From Patescibacteria group bacterium (GTDB lineage: Bacteria; Patescibacteriota; Patescibacteriia; XYB2-FULL-38-15), in assembly GCA_041653675.1 (NCBI GenBank), contig JBAZEY010000002.1, forward strand, positions 12,315-76,314: a stretch of DNA of 64,000 nucleotides, given 5' to 3'. Positions within the stretch are counted from its first letter, which is position 1. Each line of letters starts with the position of its first letter. The position numbers were made by a program, and so were the translations under genes. The notes under the pieces were generated by a model. That model did not search any database, was not told the origin of the DNA, and worked only from the letters and a program-made list of their open reading frames with translations. Shown here piece after piece: positions 56,554 through 64,000 of this stretch.

Positions 56554-57051
56554 ATGACAATTTCAGCCATCGCGGTTACAAATAAAAATCGGGCAATTGG
56601 TTTTAAAAACAAATTGCTTTGGAAGCTTCCGCCCGACTTGGAACATTTTAAAAAAATTACTGCCGGCCATACAATAATTATGGGCGGCAATACATATCTA
56701 TCTCTCGGCCGCCCGCTTCCAAACCGCGTGAATATTGTTATAACTAAAAATAAAGATTTTTCCGCGCCAGGATGCATTATCGTTTCTTCTCCGGATGAAT
56801 CCCTGACTCGCGCGAAGGCTGAAGAAGAAAAACTCGTCAACACACAAAAAGAAATTTTTGTAATCGGCGGGGCTTCAATTTACGCGCAAATGCTGGCTGT
56901 GGTCAACAAACTGTATCTCACAATTGTAGATGATGCGACAATAGAAGCTGATACTTACTTTCCGGATTATTCTGAATTTAAAATTACGAACGAATCAGAA
57001 AATCAAGAATACAGCGGATTGAAATATAAATTTATTGAACTAGTGAGATAA
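56554..57051 (+). CDS. folA: Dihydrofolate reductase
   Basis: The ISAIAVTNKNRAIG...LPW-like start and GG.TY motif (IIMGGNTYLSLGRPLPNR). Confidence 0.8.
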   Translation: MTISAIAVTNKNRAIGFKNKLLWKLPPDLEHFKKITAGHTIIMGGNTYLSLGRPLPNRVNIVITKNKDFSAPGCIIVSSPDESLTRAKAEEEKLVNTQKEIFVIGGASIYAQMLAVVNKLYLTIVDDATIEADTYFPDYSEFKITNESENQEYSGLKYKFIELVR

Positions 57052-57058
57052 ATTTTTT

Positions 57059-57634
57059 ATGAATAAAATCGTGGCTATCGTCGGGATGCCCGGCGCGGGA
57101 AAAAGCGAAGTGGCCGATGAATTCATTAGACGCGATTATCAATACATTCGTTTTGGCCAAATTACTTTGGATGAAGTGAAAAAACGCGGTCTTGAACCAA
57201 CAGAAGAAAACGAGCGGCCAATCCGCGAAGAGCTCCGAAAGCAATACGGCCCGGGTGCGTTTGCTATTTTGAATATTCCAAAATTTGATGAAGCTCTAAA
57301 AACCGATAATGTAGTGGGTGACGGACTTTATAGCTGGTCGGAATATAAAATATTAAAAGATAAATACGGGGATAATTTAATTGTCATTGCGGTTTACGCT
57401 CCGCCAAAATTAAGATATGAAAGATTGGTTGGCAGAGCTGCGCGACACGGCGCTGATCCAAAATTAAAATATCGCTCCTCTACTCCCGAAGCGGCAAAAG
57501 CGCGCGACTTCGCAGAAATCGAAAACATAGAAAAAGGCGGGCCAATCGCCATGGCTGACTACACAATTTTAAATACTAGCACGATAGACGAACTACTGGC
57601 CGACACAGAAAAAATTTTTAAGGAAATTATATGA
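57059..57634 (+). CDS. P-loop (deoxy)nucleotide kinase-like protein
   Basis: Walker A VGMPGAGKS. Sits within the thymidylate-synthesis gene block. The family assignment is tentative (dNMP-kinase-like). Confidence 0.4.
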   Translation: MNKIVAIVGMPGAGKSEVADEFIRRDYQYIRFGQITLDEVKKRGLEPTEENERPIREELRKQYGPGAFAILNIPKFDEALKTDNVVGDGLYSWSEYKILKDKYGDNLIVIAVYAPPKLRYERLVGRAARHGADPKLKYRSSTPEAAKARDFAEIENIEKGGPIAMADYTILNTSTIDELLADTEKIFKEII

Positions 57635-58353
57635 AAAAGGGCATCTTCGTTATGGTCGACGGCATTGATGGCTCCGGTAAAGCCGCCGTTATTAAATCTC
57701 TGGCTGATTGGGCCGAGGCCAAAAAATTAAAAATTTTAGATTTAAAGGATTATTGCAAAACAAAGCGCACGTTCCCGGAACCAGAAGAAATTTCAAAATA
57801 TGATTGTTTAATTTCCGCCGAACCGACTTATTCCATGGTCGGCCAGGCAATTCGCGAAGAAATTATCCGTGATAATAATCGCCCATATTCGGCCTGGACC
57901 ACGGCTGAAGCCTTTTCCCTTGACCGTGAAATTCTTTACCGCCGCGTCATCATTCCGGCGTTAGAACAGGGAAAAATTATTTTTCAAGAACGCGGCGTCA
58001 CGACCTCTATCGTCTATCAACCAGTTCAAAAAGAATCGTTGGAACTTGAAAAAATTTTAGATTTATCCGGCAATAAATTGGCGCTGGAGTACCGGCCGGA
58101 TTTAATTATTATCGCCCTTGTTGATCCGAAAGAAGCCGTGAAGCGCCTGGCCGAACGCGATAAGAAAGATAATGTTATCTTTGAAAAACTTCCATTTTTA
58201 GAAAAAATCGCCGAAAGATTTTCCGCCCCGTGGTTTCGAGAACTTATGGAAAAACATGGAAGCAAAGTTGTTTATTTAAAGACAGATAAGACCGTTTATG
58301 ATACAATGGAAGAATCAGTTAATATTTGGGAAAATTTTAAAAAACATAATTAA
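57631..58353 (+). CDS. tmk: Thymidylate kinase-like protein
   Basis: VDGIDGSGK P-loop typical of dTMP kinases. Overlaps the upstream gene by 4 nt. Confidence 0.6.
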   Translation: MKKGIFVMVDGIDGSGKAAVIKSLADWAEAKKLKILDLKDYCKTKRTFPEPEEISKYDCLISAEPTYSMVGQAIREEIIRDNNRPYSAWTTAEAFSLDREILYRRVIIPALEQGKIIFQERGVTTSIVYQPVQKESLELEKILDLSGNKLALEYRPDLIIIALVDPKEAVKRLAERDKKDNVIFEKLPFLEKIAERFSAPWFRELMEKHGSKVVYLKTDKTVYDTMEESVNIWENFKKHN

Positions 58354-58386
58354 TCGCGAATTCCTTTTAAAATTCGCTAAAAAACT

Positions 58387-59118
58387 ATGATTATTCAAGT
58401 CCGTGACTTAATGCGCGAAAGTTGGGCTCTCTACAAAAACAATTTTTCTCTTTTCACAAAAATTGTAGTTTGGCTAGTTGTTCCCACTGTCATTCTTTCA
58501 CTCTTGCCCTTCTTTATCTCAAACCCTGTTATTCTGGCGTTGTTAAATTTTTTCCTCTCTCTTATTTCCGGAATTTTCAGCGTGTTTATTACCATTGCCC
58601 TGATTCTAACAATGGATGCTGTACTTAAAAAAGAACCCGTTAATCTCAAATCAATTTATAGTCTGAGTTACTCTAAAACGTTTTGGGGCATCGTCATCTC
58701 AATCTTGGTCACTTTGGCTGTCTGTCTTGGCACGCTCCTCTTGATTATCCCTGGCATAATTTTTTCCGTCTGGTTTTCTTTCAGTCTTTACATTTTTATT
58801 TTAGAAAACAAAAAAGGAACAGAAGCGCTTTCTGCGAGCCGCCAATTAGTAAAGGGAAAATTTTGGCCCGTTCTCTGGCGTTGGATTGCTCCGAATTTTG
58901 TTTATGGGATAATTCTTCTCATAATCATTTTAATCCCAATTTATATCATTGATTTTGCTACTGGCCAACCCGGAGCAAGTTTTACCGCAACTCCGCCTTG
59001 GTTGTCATTACTTATCGCAAATGTTATCCCCGTTTTCGTCACTCCCCTGTTTTACGCTCTTGGTTTTATTCTCTACAACTCTGTTAAAAAAGAAAAAGCT
59101 GCGAATCTGCCGCAATAA
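58387..59118 (+). CDS. Hypothetical polytopic membrane protein
   Basis: Six or more TM helices. Confidence 0.4.
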   Translation: MIIQVRDLMRESWALYKNNFSLFTKIVVWLVVPTVILSLLPFFISNPVILALLNFFLSLISGIFSVFITIALILTMDAVLKKEPVNLKSIYSLSYSKTFWGIVISILVTLAVCLGTLLLIIPGIIFSVWFSFSLYIFILENKKGTEALSASRQLVKGKFWPVLWRWIAPNFVYGIILLIIILIPIYIIDFATGQPGASFTATPPWLSLLIANVIPVFVTPLFYALGFILYNSVKKEKAANLPQ

Positions 59119-59147
59119 TTCTGCGGCTCGGATCGTCGCGAAATTTT

Positions 59148-60692
59148 ATGCATCTTGTCCCGGTCATTGGACTTGAGATCCATATACAATTGAAGACAAA
59201 ATCAAAGATGTTCTGTGGCTGTGATAACACGGGCGAAGATCAGGCGCCGAACACGACAGTTTGTCCAATCTGCATGGGCCATCCCGGCACGCTTCCGGTT
59301 ATAAACGATCAGGCGCTAGATTGGGCTGGTCTTATGGCTCTGGCTTTGAATTGTAAAATTCAAAAATTTTCAAAATTTGACCGTAAACAATATTTTTATC
59401 CTGATCTACCAAAGGGTTATCAAATTTCTCAATACGATAAACCCGTCTGTTTGGACGGCTATTTGGAAATTGATATTCCTACCAAAGACGAAAATAAACA
59501 ACGACCTTGGGCAAAAATAAAAATAACGCGCGTGCATCTTGAAGAAGACGCGGCAAAACTGCTTCACGGCGAGGATGGAAAACATAGCTTGGTTGATTAC
59601 AACCGCGCTGGCACGCCACTCCTGGAGATTGTCACTGAACCGGACATTGCTTCACCGCTTGAAGCAAAAATTTTTATGCAGGAATTGCGCCTCATCGCCC
59701 GCTATCTCGGAATTTCCGACGCGGATATGGAAAAGGGACATCTCCGCTGCGACGCGAACATTTCTCTTCGGGAAGTTCTCGATAATCCAGCTAAAGAAAA
59801 AAAATTGATAAAACTTAACCCCAAAACAGAAGTTAAAAATATAAATTCTTTCCGGGCAGTAGAGCGCGCGCTGGAGTATGAAATAAAAAGACAAACCGAA
59901 CTTTGGGATTCCGGTAAACCGCCGAAAATTCTCGCGACTCGCGGCTGGGATGATGTTAAACAAATTACCGTGGAACAACGCACTAAAGAAGAAGAGCAAG
60001 ACTACCGCTATTTCCCCGAACCAGATCTCCCGCCCCTTGATTTAAGCAAATTGGAAGCTAGGGTTAGGAGTGAACTCCCTGAACTGCCTCGCGCTAAAAG
60101 AATTAGATTTGTCGCTCAGTACGAATTTACTGACGAAGAAACAAAAATTTTGACTGAAGATAAAAAATTATCTAGCTACGCGGAAAATGTCATCTCTGAA
60201 CTGCAATCTTGGCTTATCTCGCTTGAAGAAGTCGAGGGTACGGAAAAGGAAATTTGGGAAAAACATAAACACAAACTTATCCGCCTTGTCGCCGGATGGC
60301 TCATAAATAAACTTGGCGGCCTGATGGCAGACAATAAAATTGACATTCGCCGCCTGAAAATAACTCCGGAAAATTTTGCCGAATTTATAACCTTGATTTA
60401 TCAAAATAAAATTTCAGGACCCACGGCAATAAAAATTCTTGAGGAAATGATGATGACCGGCGGCGATCCGTCGCAGATAATGGAAAGTAAAAATCTTGGT
60501 CAAATAAGCGACACCGGAGAAATAGAAAAAATAATTGACGGCCTGATTGCTGAATATCCTGGCGAAGTTGCGGAATACAAACAAGGAAAAATTGCCCTGC
60601 TCCAATTCTTCATCGGCCAGACAATGAAAAAAACTCAAGGCAAGGCAAACCCGAAGATAGCCGAAGATATTATCAAAAATAAATTAAAATAA
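59148..60692 (+). CDS. gatB: Asp-tRNA(Asn)/Glu-tRNA(Gln) amidotransferase subunit B
   Basis: GLEIHIQL N-terminus, with the GatB core and YqeY-like C-terminal domain. Confidence 0.9.
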   Translation: MHLVPVIGLEIHIQLKTKSKMFCGCDNTGEDQAPNTTVCPICMGHPGTLPVINDQALDWAGLMALALNCKIQKFSKFDRKQYFYPDLPKGYQISQYDKPVCLDGYLEIDIPTKDENKQRPWAKIKITRVHLEEDAAKLLHGEDGKHSLVDYNRAGTPLLEIVTEPDIASPLEAKIFMQELRLIARYLGISDADMEKGHLRCDANISLREVLDNPAKEKKLIKLNPKTEVKNINSFRAVERALEYEIKRQTELWDSGKPPKILATRGWDDVKQITVEQRTKEEEQDYRYFPEPDLPPLDLSKLEARVRSELPELPRAKRIRFVAQYEFTDEETKILTEDKKLSSYAENVISELQSWLISLEEVEGTEKEIWEKHKHKLIRLVAGWLINKLGGLMADNKIDIRRLKITPENFAEFITLIYQNKISGPTAIKILEEMMMTGGDPSQIMESKNLGQISDTGEIEKIIDGLIAEYPGEVAEYKQGKIALLQFFIGQTMKKTQGKANPKIAEDIIKNKLK

Positions 60693-60789
60693 GCGACGAC
60701 CCGCCAATCTTTGGCGGGTTTTGATATAGATAAGGATGGGCAGGCGTCGAAATTCTTTTGCTCTCTTGGCATAGAAAGGAGAAGCAGCC

Positions 60790-61032
60790 ATGGGCGCGAA
60801 AAGAAGGAAAGTCTCGACCGATCCGAACCAGCCGAGGTGCAAGCACCAATTCCCCTGGGGTGAATGTCCGTCTTGCCGCGGGAAATTCGGCGAACTGGTC
60901 ATTGATCTTGACCGTTTGCTCTGCGGTCCGAAACCGCCGCCCGAATTTCTGGGCAAGGAAGTCACGGACGCCCTCCGGAGGATGCGCGTCAGAAAGGAGG
61001 AAGGAACCCACGTTGAATCAAGTTCTACCTGA
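60790..61032 (+). CDS. GC-rich 80-aa zinc-ribbon protein (H..P...ECPSCRGKFG...LLCG), paralogous motif to ORF 3373
   Basis: SD gaaaggagaagcagcc-ATG. Bidirectional terminator downstream. Confidence 0.5.
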   Translation: MGAKRRKVSTDPNQPRCKHQFPWGECPSCRGKFGELVIDLDRLLCGPKPPPEFLGKEVTDALRRMRVRKEEGTHVESSST

Positions 61033-61054
61033 CAGTACCGGGCTGGACCAAAAA

Positions 61055-61088
61055 GGGCGTAGTGCTAACTGCATTACGCCCCTCATTT
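61055..61088. terminator. Bidirectional terminator gggcgtagtgctaactgcattacgccc between convergent ORF 60790 and miaA
   Basis: 9-bp stem. T-run on the plus strand and a TTTTT stretch on the minus strand. Confidence 0.5.
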
Positions 61089-61090
61089 TT

Positions 61091-61993
61091 TTATTTCAGC
61101 CACTTTTTTATTTTATTTTCTGCTTCTTTATAATTTTTTATCCACCTTATTCTTTTGTCACGGCGAAACCAGGTCATTTGCCGTCGGGCATAAGCGTGCG
61201 TCCGAAATTTTATTTTCTGAACCGCTTCTGCCAAATCATCTTTTCCACTGAGATGCTCCCCTATTTCTTTATAGCCGATTCCACTCATTGAGGGAAGGCT
61301 TGGACTATATTTTTTTAATAATTTTTTAGTTTCATTAACTAAACCTTCTTTTATCATTTGCTCCACGCGCTGATCAATATTTTCATAAAGTTTTTTCCGC
61401 GGAAGATTGATACCAATTTGCAAAACATCAAATAGCGGTTCGCCCTTTTCTCGTAATTTTGAAAATGGCTGACCGGTCGCGAGGCACACTTCAAGCGCCC
61501 TGATGATCCGTCGCGGATTTTTGGCATCCACTACTTTGACAGCGCCTGGATCTAACTTCAATAATTTTTTATACCACTTCGCGAGTGCTCCCGGATTTTT
61601 AATTTCTTTTTCAAATTGCGCCCGCAATTTTTTATTCGGTGGCACAGCCGGAATCTCTAAATTGTCTGCCACGGATTGAATATATAATCCGGTTCCGCCG
61701 ACCAAAAACGGATTTTTATTCCGCTTCAAAATATCTCGAATCGCCGCCACGGCTTTCTTTTTATAATCTGCCAAAGTAAATTCTTGATCAGGATTTACAA
61801 TATCGAGCAAATAATGTTTCACGCCTTTTTTATCAACCACTTTCCCGGTCCCGATATTCATTCCTTTGTAAATCTGTCTTGAATCGGCGTTCACAATTTC
61901 TCCACCAAATTTTTTTGCCAATTTTAAAGACATGCCCGTTTTTCCCGAAGCTGTCGGACCTAAAATTACGATTAGTTTTGGCAGTGTTGACAT
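61091..61993 (-). CDS. miaA: tRNA dimethylallyltransferase
   Basis: GPTASGKT P-loop and the ADSRQIYKGMNIGTGK motif. Confidence 0.85.
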   Translation of the reverse strand: MSTLPKLIVILGPTASGKTGMSLKLAKKFGGEIVNADSRQIYKGMNIGTGKVVDKKGVKHYLLDIVNPDQEFTLADYKKKAVAAIRDILKRNKNPFLVGGTGLYIQSVADNLEIPAVPPNKKLRAQFEKEIKNPGALAKWYKKLLKLDPGAVKVVDAKNPRRIIRALEVCLATGQPFSKLREKGEPLFDVLQIGINLPRKKLYENIDQRVEQMIKEGLVNETKKLLKKYSPSLPSMSGIGYKEIGEHLSGKDDLAEAVQKIKFRTHAYARRQMTWFRRDKRIRWIKNYKEAENKIKKWLK

Positions 61994-62036
61994 TTTATAT
62001 TTTTTATATTAATTTAAAGGCAGTAAAGGAGGAGTC

Positions 62037-62291
62037 ATGAACGTCGTCAGAAAAATCTGGAGTGTGATCGTCGCGATCGCATTTCTTTCGCTCGCGGCAA
62101 TCTGCGTCCGCGCTTCCATCGGCCTGGTGAGTATTGACTCTAATCTCACCACCTTCCAAAAAGCATACTCGCTGGTATTGTCGTTCTTTATGGCAATTAT
62201 CTTGCTCTCGCTCGCCGCAAACCGCATTCGCGTCGGTTGGCGAAAAGAACGACCGCAGCAACAAGAGGAGGACGAAGAAGATGATGTCTGA
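62037..62291 (+). CDS. GC-rich 84-aa two-TM membrane protein with acidic tail
   Basis: SD taaaggaggagtc-ATG. Two hydrophobic helices and a C-terminal QQQEEDEEDDV. Confidence 0.45.
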   Translation: MNVVRKIWSVIVAIAFLSLAAICVRASIGLVSIDSNLTTFQKAYSLVLSFFMAIILLSLAANRIRVGWRKERPQQQEEDEEDDV

Positions 62292-62547
62292 AACGTCGGC
62301 TGAACAATACCGCGGCCACCTGATTTCTTTCATCGTGCCGAACCCAAATCGTCATCTTCCGAGTGACGATCCTTGGATCGGCTGGATTGGAGAAGTGATC
62401 TCGGTCTACAGTTCTGTCTTTCATCTCGCACCCTGCGACTTCAACCACCCCCACAATCGATTGTGTGTGGAAACCCAGTGGTTCGATATCCGGAACGTCG
62501 ACGACGCGAGAATCGTGGGTGTTGTTAGCCCCCGAACCGCGGCGTGA
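62281..62547 (+). CDS. GC-rich 88-aa hypothetical protein, translationally coupled (11-nt overlap) to 62037 gene
   Basis: ATGATG start lies inside the 3' end of the upstream gene. Sequence MMSETSAEQYRGHLISF... Confidence 0.4.
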   Translation: MMSETSAEQYRGHLISFIVPNPNRHLPSDDPWIGWIGEVISVYSSVFHLAPCDFNHPHNRLCVETQWFDIRNVDDARIVGVVSPRTAA

Positions 62548-62594
62548 CAGCAGAACAGGTATGGCTCCACCTTAAACGGGCCATTTTTTTATTT

Positions 62595-63872
62595 TTACCC
62601 TTCCAAAATCCACTCAAACGCTTTTTTTATTTTAATATTAAAAATCTTTCCAATCATATTCTTCTTGCCGTTGAATCTCACTCTTTTCATTTCCCGCGAA
62701 TTTCCAATGCACTTTCCATTTTTATATTCGTCTACTAAAACTGACACAACTTTCCCAACATATTTCTGATTCTTTTCTAAAACAATTTTCTCCATTAGGT
62801 TTTGTAAAATATCCCGCCGCCGCTTTTTCTCGGCGCGCGGCACATCGTCTTTCAATTTTGCCGCCACAGTCCCCTCCCGCGGCGAATATATTGCCAAATA
62901 CGCAATATCAAAATCTGCTTTTTTATAAAGTTCCACGGTATTTTCAAATTGTTTTTTTGTCTCTCCCGGAAATCCAACAATAATATCTATGCCAAGGGCA
63001 ATGCCCGGCTTTTTTTTATTTATTTTTGCGACGAGTTTTAAATAATCTTTCGCCGTATAACTGCGATTCATTTTTTCTAAAACTTTATCATCCCCGGCCT
63101 GAAGCGGCAGATGAAGATAATTTACCATTTTGGGCAAAGTTAGGGCGTCAATTACTTCATTTGTCATGTCGCGCGGATGAGGCGCGGTAAAAAATATTCG
63201 CCGAATTCCGGGAATTTGGTTTACCTCCCAGAGCAGCGCGGCAAAAGGATGTTTATATGGATTTTTCTTGGAAAAATTTTTCCCGTCAGCCGGTCGGTAA
63301 GCATTTACATTTTGTCCCAAAAGCGAAACTTCGAGACACCCATTTTCCGCTAAATTTTTTATTTCAATCATCACCTCGGCAACCGGCCGACTCACTTCCC
63401 GACCGCGCACGTACGGCACGGCGCAATATGAACAAAAATTATTACAGCCGGTCATAATTGGAACAAACGCGGAAAATTTTGTTGAATATCGCGGCGCAAT
63501 TTTAAAATAATGTTCGTGCCAACTTTGGCAATAATTTTTAAATTTTTCCAAATCAGTAATTTGCTTCAAGTCTAAAACTAAATCAAATTTATCAATAAAT
63601 TTTTTCTTATCTTGCGGCAGAACACAACCGGTCAAAATAGTTTTAAAGTCGGGATTGATGTTTTTAATTTTGTTTAATTCTCGCGCCCGGCCATATAAAC
63701 GGTCCACCGCCGCCTGACGAACCGAACAAGCGACCAATACGGCTAAATCAGCCTGTTTTTCGCTTTTAACGGGCTTATAGCCGATCTTTTCCAGTATAGT
63801 CGCCACTCGTTCCGAGTCGGATTTATTCATCTGGCAACCATAAGCAATAATGTAATATTTTTTATTGAGCAT
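62595..63872 (-). CDS. miaB: Radical-SAM methylthiotransferase MiaB-like
   Basis: N-terminal MTTase domain (YGCQMN), the rSAM CNNFCSYC motif and a C-terminal TRAM domain. Next to miaA. Confidence 0.8.
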   Translation of the reverse strand: MLNKKYYIIAYGCQMNKSDSERVATILEKIGYKPVKSEKQADLAVLVACSVRQAAVDRLYGRARELNKIKNINPDFKTILTGCVLPQDKKKFIDKFDLVLDLKQITDLEKFKNYCQSWHEHYFKIAPRYSTKFSAFVPIMTGCNNFCSYCAVPYVRGREVSRPVAEVMIEIKNLAENGCLEVSLLGQNVNAYRPADGKNFSKKNPYKHPFAALLWEVNQIPGIRRIFFTAPHPRDMTNEVIDALTLPKMVNYLHLPLQAGDDKVLEKMNRSYTAKDYLKLVAKINKKKPGIALGIDIIVGFPGETKKQFENTVELYKKADFDIAYLAIYSPREGTVAAKLKDDVPRAEKKRRRDILQNLMEKIVLEKNQKYVGKVVSVLVDEYKNGKCIGNSREMKRVRFNGKKNMIGKIFNIKIKKAFEWILEG

Positions 63873-64000
63873 AAAAATATTTTAACAAAAATCCTTTCTT
63901 TTTTCAACCCTTGACCCCCACACCTATTAAAAAATAAATTGTATAAAATTGGTGGTCGTTTTTAAACAATAGGTATGGGGGTTGACAAATTTGTGATATC

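Overview
This 64-kb window is an AT-rich, small-genome bacterial chromosome segment. By inference it is a Patescibacteria/CPR-like anaerobe: it has a group-3b-like [NiFe] hydrogenase, two iPGM paralogs, archaeal-style kinases and weak Shine-Dalgarno usage. The housekeeping core, in window order, is Fpg, a P-type ATPase, two gpmI, pgk, a hydrogenase cluster (hydB/G, hypC, small and large subunits, HypA-like), gap, tsf, rpsB, rpmE, prfA, prmC, rplY, ftsW, gyrB, secE-nusG-rplK-rplA, a thymidylate block (comEB, dcd, thyA, folA, kinase, tmk), gatB, miaA and miaB. On top of this backbone I see four things worth a second look. (1) At least ten compact GC-rich mini-modules, each with its own TTGACA-17-TAnnnT promoter, a strong AAAGGAGG ribosome-binding site and an intrinsic terminator. 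They encode small proteins with no recognisable family. Two share a CP-x-SC-x-KFG...CG zinc-ribbon motif. (2) One module (35.8-38.3 kb) is a three-gene operon: an RNHCP zinc-ribbon protein, a radical-SAM/SPASM enzyme and a YkgJ-type Cys-cluster protein. An internal ribosome-binding site plus ATG could release a 38-aa Lys-rich peptide from the end of the third gene. No named rSAM/SPASM peptide-maturase system that I know of includes an RNHCP protein, so this is the best candidate for an undescribed system. (3) Three dispersed 130-bp elements share covarying 20-bp terminal inverted repeats with a conserved bulge and an inner GC hairpin. Each is flanked by a 4-bp direct repeat (CATA, CATA, TTGA). 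They look like a MITE or structured-RNA family. (4) Two small gene cassettes sit at the 3' end of dcd, each bounded by a re-coded copy of the last 10-20 dcd codons. In addition, a GC-rich island inserted between prfA and prmC carries a perfect 27-bp palindrome with divergent consensus promoters. One promoter drives a ~300-nt ORF-less transcript ending at a minus-strand terminator, and the other a 71-aa Arg-rich ORF. A pair of 20-bp palindromic operators sits just upstream of prmC.
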